Shown: positions 13,357-27,258, counted from the stretch's first letter. The stretch: 64,000 bases of DNA from Octopus vulgaris (GCA_951406725.2 OX597819.1:99572001-99636000); one strand, 5' to 3'. The notes: a model not told the origin generated them from the letters alone. Made by a program: numbers and translations.

Positions 13357-15312
13357 GTAGGTATCACTCCCGTACTTAGTCTTATTGCGAGTGCATTTTG
13401 TTTTGTAAACTTGTTCCTATATATAGTTTTCATATATTTTAATGTAAATATGCATATTCACTCACACGCACACGAACATATATACAAGTGTGCGTGTGTG
13501 AGTGTGTGTGTGTTTGCGTCTATTGTAATTTTATACATTAACGTACATATGTATGTATGCATGTTTCTATCTATCTATCTATATCTATATCTATATATAT
13601 ATATGGAGAGAGAGATAGAGATAGAAAGTGAGAAACATTAGTGTTTCTATATTGTAAATGGCTCATTGTTTCTGGTCTATTTCTACTATGACTTCTACGA
13701 TGATTTCTGTTCCTCAGAAAATAGTTTCCTGCCTAGCTTTATTTCCAAGGCCTACTCTTCTTTCTTTATCGGAATTAATTTGTTGCTACTAAAAAGGACA
13801 GACACCATTTCGACGTATTAAAAATACCGAGTAGTCAAAAACACAGAACGCAAAGAAAAAGAGAAAATACGTTAAACGTTAAAAATGAATGCAAGGTTCC
13901 CAAACCATCAAATTGTGATAAAATATTTATTTATTCATATTTTATTAAACTTTCTTTTTAAACAAATGTTTTCAAGAATAATAATTTGCAGTTGAATCAG
14001 CGTATTTTAAGATATTAATCTAATATCAGGAAAACCGGGATATTATTTATTTATTGAAATATTATTACTGAGATATTTAAAAAACTATTAAAAATATTGA
14101 AAACTGATCTACAATGGAGTCTGCTATTACTTTACGAACTATTTTAATATATGAAGAACTGAAATTGTATGCATAACGCAACAATTATTTTATGCAGACT
14201 ATTCCCTACAGCGATGATTTGAAAAAAGTAAATATCAAAATAGTTCTTTTACTCTATTGTATTTATTTAATGAAGCTTTGTCGACAAAAGTGCATCGGTA
14301 ATTCAGTATCACAGAGAAAGTAAGCTGTCAATATATGATATTAAGTGATCCTTAAACGTTTAAATATGCTTATGAATGGCTCAAACATCTGTTGAAACAA
14401 TTTAACCATTATTAATAAATCAGCAGTACATACATGTATTGAAAGAAAAATTTTAGAAATTTTGAGACAATGTGAAATAATAATTTTTATAGAATATCCC
14501 GAAGCACACACATAACACTATCAATAATAGCATTTAAATATTAGTTCTAAAATACCTTTTAGATTAAAACAGTCAAGCACCTATCATACATAATAGATGT
14601 GTTTTCGTGCCCCACAAGCAGCTTTCGTCTTTTTCTTTTCAAATGAGATTTTTTCAACCTAATATTTATATATTGTTATTTACAGCTCTATGTGTTTTCT
14701 TAGAGATTTTCCAGAAAAGCATTAATTAATGTTTTGATTAATTCATTCTAAATGAAAATATAGTAAGTAGTAATGAATAAAAAATTAACTGATATTCCGC
14801 CTGTTACGAATAAAAGTATTCGAGCTGATCCGATCGACAGAATATTCTGCTTGTGAAATTAACGTGCTAGTGGCAAAGCACAACACGGACACGCGTACAC
14901 TTAGTGTAAATCTCAGTCAGATTCAGCGTGACACAATGAGAGAAGAGCGGCCTTGCCTGATGAAATAAATTGTTTCAATCATGGACACAATGATACATCG
15001 GTAATCGAACTGACAAGTTCGTGATTGTGAACCAAATAATCTAACCACTGAACCTCGAGCTTTTCCAATGAGTTAACAATATTGTAATAAAGAATACTAA
15101 CATTTCATAATGCGCAATGAAATACAGCGCTGCAATAATTTATAAAATATGATTGCAACAATCTTTGATCTAATACCTGAGCTACGATTGATGAAAATAT
15201 CCTTTCTTCTCTCTGGCATCAATTAAATAGTTAATTACAAATAATTTGAAACGACAAATAACGAAAATTTAAAGCGAATGAGTTTTATTTCGAGATTTTA
15301 CCTAAATTTCAG

Positions 15313-15447
15313 ATATCAATGAATGCAGTCTCAACATTCATAATTGCAAACAATTATGTAATGATACCGAAGGTAGTTACACCTGTGATTGTTACGAGGG
15401 ATATTCAATACAAAGCAATGGCAGCTGTACACAGAAAAGTATTTCAA
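15313..15447 (+). CDS. Exon D, cbEGF (NINECSLNIHNCKQLCNDTEGSYTCDCYEGYSIQSNGSCTQKSIS)
   Basis: tttcAG acceptor, A|GTAAGA donor, 135 bp, phase 1-1. Confidence 0.9.
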
Positions 15448-15520
15448 GTAAGATATATTACTGCTGTATGCAATTTTTTCCTTACATTTCAATTTAGTGA
15501 TGCTGTTATCAACGAAATGT

Positions 15521-16125
15521 GGCGAGCTGGCAGAAACGTTAACACGCCGGGCGAAATGCTAAGCGGTATTTCGTCTACCGTTACATTGTGAGTTCAAATT
15601 CCGCCGAAGTCGACTTTGCATTTCATCCTTCCGGGGCCGAGAAATTAAGTACCAGTTACGCACTGGAGTCGATGTAATCGACTTAGTACCTTTGTCTGTT
15701 CTTGTTTGTTCTCTCTGTGTTCAGTCCCTTGTAGGTAGTAAAGAAATTAGTATTTCGTCTGCCATTACGTTCTTAGTTCAAATTCCGCCGAGGTCGACTT
15801 TGCCTTTCATCCTTTCGGGGTCGATAAATTAAATACCAGTTACGCACTGGGGTCGATGTAATTGACTTAATTCCTTTGTCTGTCCTTGTTTGTTCCTTCT
15901 ATGTTTAGCACCTTGCGAGCAATAAAGAAATAAGAAACGTTAGCGTACTGTTCGAAATGCTGAGCGGTATTTCTTCTGCCGTTACGTTCTGAGTTCAAAT
16001 TCTGACGAGGTAGACTTTACCTTTCATCCTTTCGGGGTCAATAAATTAAGTACGAGTTGCATACTGGGGTTGATCTAATCGACTGGCCCCTCCCCCAAAA
16101 TTTTGAGCCTTGAGTAGAAAAGGAT
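15521..16125 (+). mobile_element. SINE family B, three tandem units
   Basis: GGCGAGCTGGCAGAAACGTT head, GAGTTCAAATTCC B-box-like motif, TCGACTTTGCCTTTCATCCTTTCGGGGTCGATAAA domain repeated three times. Confidence 0.85.
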
Positions 16126-16455
16126 GTTGTTATCAACAGATGCAGATAATATGACAGAAACAATTTGCAATGATACATGCATACATAACCGTGTGAACAC
16201 GAACACACGCGCGCAACCGTGCACAAGCACCCGTACACACGCAGTCGCGTGCGCACACACACATACACACACACACACACACACGCACAGACACACACAC
16301 ACGTGCACACACAAGGGACAGACAGAAGGGCGATTTATGCTGTAATACTTTTTTGCTCAAACTCATCCATGTGAAAAATCAGAATTCAAATGGAAATTAC
16401 AGTGCTGTCTGACTCAGGCTCTTGTGCATGTGTGCAGTTATGTATGTATATATGT

Positions 16456-16528
<73 letters not shown>

Positions 16529-16619
16529 CGTGTGTGTGTTTGTGTATGTGTGTGTGCGTGTCGTATATGTATGTATGTATGCATGTATCTATCTATCTCT
16601 CTGTCTATCGATCTCTATA

Positions 16620-16780
16620 GGTGCAGGCATGGCTGTGTGGTTAGAAGTCTCCTTCTCAACGACATGGCTCTGGGTTCAGTCCCACTGTGTGGCACCTTGT
16701 GTAGGTGCCTTCTGCTATAGCCTCAGGCAGACCAAAGCCTTGTGAGTGGATTTAATAGACGGAAAGTGAAAGAAGCCTGT

Positions 16781-16785
<5 letters not shown>
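16620..16785 (+). mobile_element. SINE family A, 5' half, diverged
   Basis: Matches the head of the 2374 copy. Confidence 0.75.
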
Positions 16786-16833
<48 letters not shown>

Positions 16834-17379
16834 CATGTGTCACTCAAACTCATTTTGCGAGTCACTAACAGTACATGTAAGCTTATTTAATATAGTTATA
16901 TGTACAGCATCGTGGCATATGGTTCAATGCAGATCATAGCAGTTTTTTTAAACATGATTTGAACAAAACTTGAAAAAAATATTAACACGACAGCAACATA
17001 TCTATGAATCTTCCTTAGGTCATTTTCATTTCCTCGATATCAAACTATCCAATGGAATGTTACTGAATAGACAGAATATCTATTTGGATTTTCATAAAAC
17101 TGTTCATGGAGCAAATCATACTGCACTCATCCAAGGGCAGATATAATTTAGATGTTACCATCACACAAAAATAAAATAGTTATTAACCTTCTGTACTTTG
17201 ACAATAATGCTGACGAATTTCTTCGACGGAAACCTAGTTGAACTATATGTCCAGAAAAACCGTAAAACTACACAATAAATCGTGTTCCATCCAGACTTTT
17301 ACGAAACAATCTATTCAAAATGATTTTCTCTTTTCAAGAAAAATATAGAATCTGGACCCACATTTTCAATAATGCAAGC

Positions 17380-17762
17380 TATATGGAATGGAAGCACTCC
17401 GTCGGTTACGACGATGAGGGTTCCGGTTGATCCGAATCAACGGAGCAGCTTGCTCGTGAAATTAACGTGTAAGTGGCTGAGCACTCCACAGACACGTGCA
17501 CCCTTAACGTAGTTCTCGGGGATATTCAGCGAGACACAAGGCCGGCCCCTTGAAATACAGGTACAGCAGAAACAGGAAGTAAGAGAGAGAAAGTTGTGGT
17601 GAAAGAGTACAGCAGGGATCACCACCATCCCCTGCCGGAGCCTCGTGGAGCTTGTAGGTGTTTTCGCTCAATAAACACTCACAACGCCCGGTCTGGGAAT
17701 CGAAACCGCGATCCTATGACCGCGAGTCCGCTGCCCTAACCACTGGGCCATTGCGCCTCCAC
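17380..17762 (-). mobile_element. tRNA-derived SINE, family C
   Basis: Reverse strand TGGAGGCGCAATGGCCCAGTGGTTAGGGCAGCGGACTCGCGG..GGTTTCGATTCC; same head as the 61382 copy. Confidence 0.85.
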
Positions 17763-18323
17763 GCAAGCTATATATATACATGAAAGGAAATGTTTTATTT
17801 TTTCGTGGGTAATAGAATGATTATATCAATTCATTTAAACCGAATGTTATTAGAAAGTCGTTAAACTGAAAGTCATTAAAAGAGGTTCCTAGAAATACAA
17901 CACAAAATGAAACATTTCCAATTAGAAGAGAGCAGAAAGAGTGCTTACACTGTAGAGATATCATAAACAGATTTTAAATAAGCTGTCTGAAGGCCTCTGT
18001 TGGACGCATTCTATATATAAGCGAGATAAATTCTTTAGATCCACAACACTACAAAATGAAGCATCAACCATTGATCAAATCGACATAAATAGTGTAAGAT
18101 GTGATATCGGTCATAGATAAAATGAGTTAAATTGGACAAATAGCATTGACTGATTCTCGGTGTAGTTAATGATCTGAATCACCTATGATTAATTAAACAG
18201 TGGGGAGTTTGGTGTAGCGGTTACTTTGGTCTTCAAACGAGAGCATGCGTGTATGCATGTATGTGATTTTACATGGATTATATATGTAAATACAGGATTT
18301 TTACGGTTTACTTTCTATCGCAG

Positions 18324-18440
18324 GTAACTCTGTTTGTTTTAACAAATGCAATGGAACTGCTGGGTGTCGAGTGGTGAACGGACAACCTGTGTGTTTTTGT
18401 AATAGCGGTTACACTTTAAAAGATAATTCCGCTTGTGTTG
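18324..18440 (+). CDS. Exon E, EGF-like (SNSVCFNKCNGTAGCRVVNGQPVCFCNSGYTLKDNSACV)
   Basis: ctttctatcgcAG acceptor, G|GTAAGT donor, 117 bp, phase 1-1. Confidence 0.9.
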
Positions 18441-18622
18441 GTAAGTAATAATTACTATAGAAGATACTGCATTGTATATGTTATATTCTACTGTTTGCTG
18501 TCCACATCACATTTATGAGTATAATTTCAAAATATAGATATGCTATCATTAATTACTGCAGCATTCCACGAAGGTATCAATAATTGCGACCATTAATGTT
18601 TCGTTGCATTTTGGGATCAGGA

Positions 18623-18694
<72 letters not shown>

Positions 18695-18699
18695 TTGTA

Positions 18700-18862
18700 G
18701 GCGTAGGAGTAGCTGTGTGGTGAGTAGCTTGCTTACCAGCCACATGGTTCCAGGTTCAGTCCTGCTGCGTGGCACCTTGGGCAAGTGTTTACTACTATAG
18801 CCTCGGGTCGACCAAAGCCTTGTGAGTGGATTTGGTAGACGGAAACTGAAAGAAGCCCGTCG

Positions 18863-18923
<61 letters not shown>

Positions 18924-19160
18924 ATGTATGTATGTATGTATGTATGTATGTATGTATGTGTGCGTGTATACATTTGTGAGTTTGTATTTGTCCCCCCAAC
19001 ATCGCTTGACAACCGATTCTGGTGTGTTACGTCCCTGTAACTTAGCGTTTCGGCAAAGTACTAGGCTTACAAAGAAGTCCTGCGGTCGATTTGCTCGACT
19101 AAAAGCGGTGCTCCAGCATGGCTACAGTCATATGACTGAAACAAGTAAAAGAGTAAAAGA
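18700..19160 (+). mobile_element. SINE family A (full length)
   Basis: Same head, core and tail as the 2374 copy. Confidence 0.9.
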
Positions 19161-19229
19161 GATATGTATTGAGTATTATTTTTTACAAATACCCGTTAAA
19201 TAAAATGCTCTATTCACTCTACAATTTAG

Positions 19230-19343
19230 ATATCGATGAATGTAAGCAGACACCCTGTGAAGGTACATGTACTAACCTTAATGGCACATTTGAATGTAGC
19301 TGTCCTCCCGGGAAAAAGGTGTTCCAATCAACTAAATGTGTTG
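19230..19343 (+). CDS. Exon F, cbEGF (DIDECKQTPCEGTCTNLNGTFECSCPPGKKVFQSTKCV)
   Basis: tttAG acceptor, G|GTAAGT donor, 114 bp, phase 1-1. Confidence 0.92.
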
Positions 19344-19746
19344 GTAAGTGTATTTCTGCAAAAATGATTACTTTATGGAATAGATCGACTATACCACAGT
19401 ATAGAATATTTATATTAAGTTGTGCTGTTATTATTTTAGTTGTTTCATTATTTATTTGCTAATATGTTCCAGTCTTTCCTTATATTCGCTCTATAATATT
19501 TCTGCTACGTATTCCATGTTTTTATCATTACTGCTCCTCATGCAATTTAACATTGTGGGTGTGTATGCATATTTCTTGACATTATTTTTGCTAGAAGAAA
19601 ACTTTTTATTTTTGTTTAAAATTTAACTTCATTTAGTAGTCTAGAGTTATTACTCTAATTAATTATCAATTAATTAGAGAAGCATTTCATATATAGTTTG
19701 ATACATTTATATACTTCATATATATTTTTTATACTTTTGTCGGTAG

Positions 19747-20001
19747 AATGTGACGAAAATCATTTTGGTGACAAATGCGAAGGAGATTGTAACATATGTA
19801 ACGAGAAATCAACTGAAAGATGTGATAAAGTAAGTGGATGTATCTGCAATGAAGGTTGGAAAGGTAGCACATGCGAAGCAGATATTAATGAATGTCTAAA
19901 CGCAAGTGTCTGCTCTGCCAATGAAGATTGTAAAAACCAAAATGGAACTTACGAATGCAAATGCCAATCAGGGTACAAAAAGGAAGAAAATAAGTGCGTA
20001 G
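19747..20001 (+). CDS. Exon G, laminin-type EGF + cbEGF (ECDENHFGDKCEGDCNIC..GCICNEGWKGSTCEADINECLNAS..KCV)
   Basis: gtAG acceptor, G|GTTGGT donor, 255 bp, phase 1-1. Confidence 0.92.
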
Positions 20002-20088
20002 GTTGGTATGAAGTTTGAAAACTTATTGAAATTTGTATGTTCATTTGCTCATTATGGTGCAAAGATATTTATATTGAAACTGTCATAA

Positions 20089-20300
20089 GGGCGGCGAGCT
20101 GGCAGAATCATTAATACGCCGGACATATGTTTAGCGGCATTTCGCCTGTCTTTACGCTCACATCTCAAATTCCGCCGAGGTCGACTTTGCCTTTCATCAT
20201 TTCGGAGTCGATGAAATAAATACTAGTTATATACTGGGTCGATGTAATCGACTAGCCCTCTAGCCCACAATTTCAGGTTTTGTGCCTATAAAAGACAGGA
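20089..20300 (+). mobile_element. SINE family B, single unit
   Basis: GGCGGCGAGCTGGCAGAATC..TCGACTTTGCCTTTCATC. Confidence 0.8.
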
Positions 20301-20364
20301 TTGCTGTTGTTGTTGCTGTTGTTGTTGTTGTTCTTCTTCTTCTTCTTCTTCTTCTTCTTCTTCA

Positions 20365-21080
20365 GTCAACAGATTAGACTGTTGGAAAAAAATCGTAACA
20401 TCGGGCTACAACATGTAGCGTTAGAAGTGAAGAAACCCCCTATTGGGTAAAAGCAAGTAACATTAAATACCAAGAACCCTTCTAACTATCCTAGCTGTCC
20501 CTAATAACACTGTTTTCAGCAGCTGTTATAGACTGGATTTTATGCCTATTTCCTCTAACCATTTGTTCAGATTTTTAGGGATGGGATAATTCTCAATGCA
20601 CCTATAATTACTGGGATACATTTTACCCGCACATTCCATAGTCTCTGTAATTCAATAGCTATGTCCTGGTACTTTGCTATTTCTTCTGTACTTCTCATAT
20701 AAATTTTTTCATCATTTGGGACTTTAAAGTCAATTATCTAGCACTTTCCATTCCCTTTATCTGCTACTACCAAATCAGGCCCATTACTCTGTCAATCTGA
20801 AACTTAAAGTGCCATATCATCCTGTATTTCCTACTTTCTAGTACTTTACTAGGTTCATGTGCATACCATTTACCAGTACGTTCAAGTCTTTGCTTTCTAC
20901 AAAGCTCCCAGTGAATAGCTCTCCCTAAATTGTCAAGTCTTTCTTTTCTTGTATTCTTTCTGTGCCAGCATGCTACATTTATTCACTATATGAGTAACGA
21001 TTTTTCTTGGTTTTTGTTTAGTTTGGCTTTTATCCAATTAGTCCTTAATGCTTGATCTTATGCAGCTACTAGCAAACTAA
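20365..21080 (-). mobile_element. Decayed R4/Dong-like LINE 3' region
   Basis: Reverse translation gives AA*DQALRTNWIKA..AIHWELC..WYAHEP..PDLVV..IDFKVP..KYQDIAIELQRLW..IPVIIGAL (RLE domain) with stops. Confidence 0.7.
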
Positions 21081-21106
21081 ATGATAATAATAACAGCAAC
21101 AACGAC

Positions 21107-21179
<73 letters not shown>

Positions 21180-21549
21180 GTTGTTGTTGTTGTTGTTTTT
21201 GTTGTTGTTATTATTATTACTATTGTTATTATTATTATTTACTTTTAATCTGCATGTTTGTTACAATCACTTGCAGAGACACACTCAGTGTTTTAGGGAG
21301 AGTGAATGATAAGTCATTTTACAGTATGAGTGAAATCTTGGCCAGGGCAGTAGCGAAATATCTTCATGTAATTCAAGACAAGTATTCAAATTGATAGGGC
21401 CTTTCTAAGGATGTGGGTAGTACTTGTCAGCGTAACCTTTGGATTTCTCTGAGACATGGTTCTCTTGGGATGCTATCTAGGTGTTTCTGAAATCATTTTC
21501 TTAACATACATAGGGAACCTGTTGTTGTTTTTATTATTATTATTGTTGT

Positions 21550-21895
21550 TGTTGATGTTGTTGCCTTTGCAAAGCTTCTAATGCTGGAGATGTACTACAG
21601 TGTCAGCTGTTCACTACCAGTGAACTAAGGTTACACCTCTTATTTTTCGAGCACCTTCCGGAGTATTCGAGCGGTCCTAAGCAGTGCTGTTTTCTGCAAG
21701 TGCTCCACCCTTATTGCAGCTCCTATTTGTTCCACGTACTTCTCGAGACTTTTGCTCACTGTTCCCAGGGCTCCGACAATTATTGGTACTACTGCTACCT
21801 TTTTCGTCGACCACAACTGCTTAACTTCCCAAGCTGACCTGGCATATCACCTGACTTTTCTTCCTTATCGCATACCTTGTTGTCGGCCGGACATG
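21550..21895 (-). mobile_element. R4/Dong-like LINE 3' end
   Basis: Reverse translation AWEVKQLWSTKKVAVVPIIVGALGTVSKSLEKY..LQKTALLRTARILRKVLEK*; flanked by (TTG)/(ATT) repeats. Confidence 0.75.
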
Positions 21896-22555
21896 TTGTT
21901 ATTATTATTATTATTATTATGATCATCATCATCATCATCATCATCATTATTATTATTTTTATTATTATTATAATTATCATTATTATTATCGTGTATTTAT
22001 CATATTTTTGTTTCTTTCATTGATATATACTATCAGTGGAATGTCAAAAACTGGTCAACATATAATCTGTGTCTATTTTTCATTGCAATGTCCGAAATAA
22101 TCGAAGGTTTCTTACCACGTTTAAGCTATCTATTAGATTATAAATATACTTCAAACTAGACATTAAAATAAAAATTCTCCCACGTGTTATGTAAAACGTC
22201 ATTAAAAAAATTTCGATTGTTGTGTTTCGTTTTATAAAACGTTTCGTATTGCAAGAGAAAAAAAATATCCCGCTCCAAAATTCTTCCCAAACCATTCCAT
22301 ATAAAAAACTTTTCCATTTTTGAATGATCTCTTTAATCTAATTTCAGACGTAACATTAAAAACAGAAAACTTTTAAGTTGTTGGATTTTCTTTAGTTAGT
22401 ATAACTCAAAATGATAATGTTGTCAGTATTGTATTCAAATGAAATTTATCTGGTGATGCAGAACAGAAACGTTTAATATAGAAATACATATTCCTGATAT
22501 TTTCGCAAGATTAATGGTAACAGATACGTTCGTCCCGTGTGAAGAAGGCAAATAT

Positions 22556-22976
22556 TTATTTCTTTATTTCTTTATTGACTAAACATAGAGGGGTCAAACA
22601 AGGACAAACAACAAGAACAAAGGGATCAAGTCAATTATATCGACCCCAGTGCGTAACCGGTACTTATTTTATCGAACCGGAAAGGATGAAAGGCAAAGTC
22701 GACCTCAGCGGAATTTGAACTCAGAACGTAATGGCAGACGAAATACCTATTTCTTTATTACCCACAAGGGGCTAAACACAGAGGAGACAAACAAGGACAG
22801 ATATAGGTATTAAGTCGATTACATCGACCCCAGTGCGTAACTGGTACTTAATTTATCGACCTCGAAAGGATGAAAGGCAAAGTCAACCTCGGCGGAATTT
22901 GAACTCACAACGTAACGGCAGACGAAATACGGCTACGCATTTCGCCCGGCGTGCTAACGTTTCTGCCAGCTCGCCG
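22556..22976 (-). mobile_element. SINE family B, two tandem units, inverted
   Basis: Reverse complement of the units at 15521-16125. Confidence 0.85.
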
Positions 22977-23193
22977 CAAATATTGGAGGAAATCATGTGT
23001 CCACAACTTTCATTTTGTAAAAAGTGAAAATATTATAAAGGCTTTTTAAAATTGTTTTTAATTTCAGCTAATGAAAGTTTCACCCGAAAGACTGAAATAT
23101 TACGTACGCTACAAAAACATTCAATAATTTATATGTTTTGGCATACTGCCTTTTTGCTATTTTAAGTTTACTTATTGAAAAAATTTGTTACAG

Positions 23194-23313
23194 ATATTGA
23201 TGAATGCCAGGTGACATATAATAATTCGTGCCCACAAGACTGCGAAAATCATGCGGGTGGCTTTGTGTGTAAATGCCGAAGTGGCTATAAAGAGACTGGA
23301 AATATTTGTAAAG
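23194..23313 (+). CDS. Exon H, cbEGF (DIDECQVTYNNSCPQDCENHAGGFVCKCRSGYKETGNICK)
   Basis: ttacAG acceptor, G|GTAAGA donor, 120 bp, phase 1-1. Confidence 0.92.
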
Positions 23314-23443
23314 GTAAGACAGACTATTATATAGACTACTATATACATTTAAAAATGAGTCCGTATTTGAAAATATATTTAACATTTGTTGCCATTGGAC
23401 ATTTCATTATTTATCTCTGTAACATGTTTAAATATTTATTCAG

Positions 23444-23575
23444 ATATAGACGAATGTGCAAACAAGGTTGATGGCTGCGTACATACATGTAAAAACACGG
23501 ACGGATCATTTTATTGCGAATGCTACTCTGGTTACAAGCTGGATATAGACCGCAAGAATTGCACCAAAGTGAAAG
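23444..23575 (+). CDS. Exon I, cbEGF (DIDECANKVDGCVHTCKNTDGSFYCECYSGYKLDIDRKNCTKVK)
   Basis: attcAG acceptor, G|GTACTG donor, 132 bp, phase 1-1. Confidence 0.9.
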
Positions 23576-25266
23576 GTACTGGAATTTATTTAAATACTTG
23601 AAATTGATTAAATATAAATAAAACTTTAGTTAATAATATGAATTATTAACGAAGCTTTCACAACTAAATGATGAATAGATTGTCGTTAATGCAGACCTCC
23701 AGCATGGAGTTGGTCCTACGACGGAAAACACTAAAAGAGTAAAAGAATCTCTATTCCTCCATACATACACACATACATGCATACATGCATACATACATAC
23801 ATACCTGCATACATACATACATACATACATACATACATACATACATACATACATACATACATACATACAAGTGTCGAAGATGTTACTGAGCAACGCGTAA
23901 TGAAGTGTTTTACTGAAGAATAGAATGCACCACTCAGTACGGGTATTGAAACCATGATTTAGTGATCATGAGTGTAAGACAATAACGACTAGTTTTCGAG
24001 TAATTTGTTTTTTTGTTAGGGAATCTCTTTTTAAAGTAGAGGAAATAGCTAAGGTTATCTGGCTGCTATTTCTAAACTTCGGTATTTGGTAAAGCAAATT
24101 TTTGCTGAGCCCTAATTACAAAATATTACTTAAATTTACCGAGAAATGGTCCCTTTTCATGTTGAATTCTACTTGGTGAAATTATTGATTACTAGTTAAT
24201 TAATTAATTTTACCCTTTGCTATTATTGATAATATATATATATATATATATATATCTCCTACATGCTTTAGGTGTTTATATAGTTTCGGGCAAAAGTGCA
24301 TACCTTCTCAATCCCCACTCTGCAGAATACCAATGATGTGATATAACTGAAGGAAGAAAGAGCTGCATAGTAGCCGACAGACATTGTTTATAGCTGAGTT
24401 TAATGAAGCAATGAGAAATGAAGTGCATTGCTCAAGGACGCAACACGCCACACAGTCTAGAAATCTAACTCACGTTATTATAATCGTGAGACGATCACCT
24501 TAACAGTTCAGCGATGTTTGGTACAATCTGCAAGGTTATTCTTGAAAGCGAATGACGGCTAAGCTTTGATATATTTTACATGTTAAATAATCATTATATC
24601 ATATCATACATTTTCTCTGAAGTTAGTATTAAGCCCTATATTAAACGCTAATGTCTTCCAGGAAAAAAGTAAAATACGAAGTTAATTGATACAAGAGTAA
24701 TATACTAGACCATGCTTAGATGATGTCATGTATGCACACTTACGATACTAGTTCGCTCGTAAGTGATATTACAATTAATTTTGTTGAGTGGAGTACTCCA
24801 AAATAAGGTGATATCAGACATTAGTAAACTCACACTTAATAAATTTGTTTAATTAATGTGTCCAATAAGAAATTGACCGAAGTGATTGTTGTATATGAAG
24901 CAATGAACAATGACCTTTCGTGCAACACAGTCACTGATTTAGGATATAATGTGTTATAATATTTCATACACTATAACAAAGACATATAGGTAGAATCCCT
25001 ATGCTCTCTAACTGTAACTAAATAGAAAAGAGGACAAATACTGGAAGGATTTTCAATTCTATCATTATATTCTAGATTTTCTTCCAACATAGTGAAATGT
25101 GCAGGTGACTGGTCAAATGTATGATTTGTAATAGTACTTTGTTTTCGTTCCTCGAATTACTGAGTAAGACCTTTCCGCGGGTTTGATAGCAGGGCTCATA
25201 CGTAGAAGACCCGTTTCATGCAAATATTACTGAGCCTCTCTCGGTGTGAAAAAAAATATATATAGT

Positions 25267-25303
<37 letters not shown>

Positions 25304-25374
25304 ATACATACTTATAAACATTCACATGTGAAGTATACTGCTTATTGTAATATGTTAATACTTTGCTGTCATAG

Positions 25375-25494
25375 TTATCGAGAAATGCCAGAGTCTGAAT
25401 TGCCCCGACACTTGTAACGTAAATAATGGAACAGCATCCTGTCAGTGCAAGAGGTTTTATGAACTTGATCCAGCAACAAACAATACATGCATAG
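25375..25494 (+). CDS. Exon J, EGF-like (VIEKCQSLNCPDTCNVNNGTASCQCKRFYELDPATNNTCI)
   Basis: catAG acceptor, G|GTAAGT donor, 120 bp, phase 1-1. Confidence 0.9.
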
Positions 25495-25582
25495 GTAAGT
25501 CCTATCTCTTTATATGGCTTGTGTTACACACACGCAGACACACACACATACAAGACATACACACAGATACGCGCACACACGC

Positions 25583-25618
<36 letters not shown>

Positions 25619-25712
25619 GCTAGAGAGAGGAATTAACCTCACTTGTCTTCCCATCAAAATTCTTATTATTATTCTGTTCTTATTATATACATGTACACAT
25701 ACACGCATTCAC

Positions 25713-25800
<88 letters not shown>

Positions 25801-26042
25801 CTATATATATGTATGTATGTATATACGTATATATTTCTCTCCCTGTTTATTTTTGTTTCCCTTTCTGTCGAAGAGCGTAGGCTCGAAACGTAAAGACTTT
25901 CTCACTTCACGAGTGTTAAAGTAATACATCTGTTTATTATTTACACACCCGTCTTCGTCTTTTGTCTTTTGTAAACTTACTCTATGTATGCATGCATGTA
26001 TGTATGTATGTATGTATGTATGTATGTATGTATGTATGTATG

Positions 26043-26109
<67 letters not shown>

Positions 26110-26283
26110 CACGATGTAGGTAAAGAAATTTGAGAAATTTGAAAAGAAAATACGAAACCGGCTATTTCTCCCAAAACTATGTTACTATACACAAAATGTC
26201 ACATTTTTCTAACATAACAACTTAAATATATTCTTGAACCATATAACACATGTCTTCTGTAGTTTTTTTTACTCTTTTTTACG

Positions 26284-26333
<50 letters not shown>

Positions 26334-27258
26334 GTATATATCAAACCTCTGAAGTTCTTTCATTGCTTATTCTCCGTTCAATGGATAAAATATTTACAGA
26401 TACTACAATTCTTTTTTACTGTGATTGAAATTTCCTCTAATACAATATTCAGTTATATCGATCGCAGTACATCTCAAAGTGATAATTTGTGAATTTGGAA
26501 TATTCAACACTGGCACATTTTGAACATCGTATGTAATACAAATGGCCCTGTATAGCACTCTTTTGATTCTGGCAATTACTGTTTTCATTAATTCAGTATT
26601 AATATGAGTTATCCAATAAAAAAGAGATACGTATTTTCACTGTGTAACTATATCAGTTTTCAAAGGTTATAACTGCATAGTGTGTGTCATGAGAGTCATG
26701 TCGAAGGGAATAACATTATAATGCTCTTTTGAATTTTGTTTCTCTGGTTTCATTGATATATTTCAATCACTACCCCACATATATGTTGATTGGAGATTCA
26801 TTTATACCAATTTGATTTTGGAATTATTGTGCCACTCGACGAACTTTGTAATATATAAATAAATGTATTGTCTTAAAATTGCTGCTATTTACCTGCTCAA
26901 CTTCGAGTCAGTTTTTGAAATTTATGCGATTTTACATACCTGTTATTCATTATTTATTTCTCTTCAATATACCTTTTATTTGCATAAATTTACATCTTTC
27001 TTCTGATGTATATGCCAAAGCATCACATCATAAGGTTACTGTCTGTATTAATCATTAGACACATTAATCATTAAAGATTGAGAAATATTATTTAAAGTCA
27101 CATAATCTGTCTAATTGATAATAACTCATATTTATATTATGTATCAACGCTAATCCTACATATGAAAAAGAAACTATCTGACTAAAGGTTTCTAGCCTTT
27201 ATTATTAATCAGATTTTGATATTTATGAAATGCAATTCATAATATTTTTCTCTTTCAG

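Noticed and set aside
17690-17762. tRNA-like sequences at SINE heads
   Set aside because: A/B boxes run straight into SINE bodies and no full cloverleaf is evident; not called tRNA genes
22037-22065. cAG followed by VECQKLVNI, resembling an EGF exon start
   Set aside because: In-frame TAA after nine codons and no donor site
25868-25892. Hammerhead-like TCGAAGA-G..C-GAAACGTA on + strand
   Set aside because: Core mutated without compensation and stem I poor; kept only as a degenerate family member
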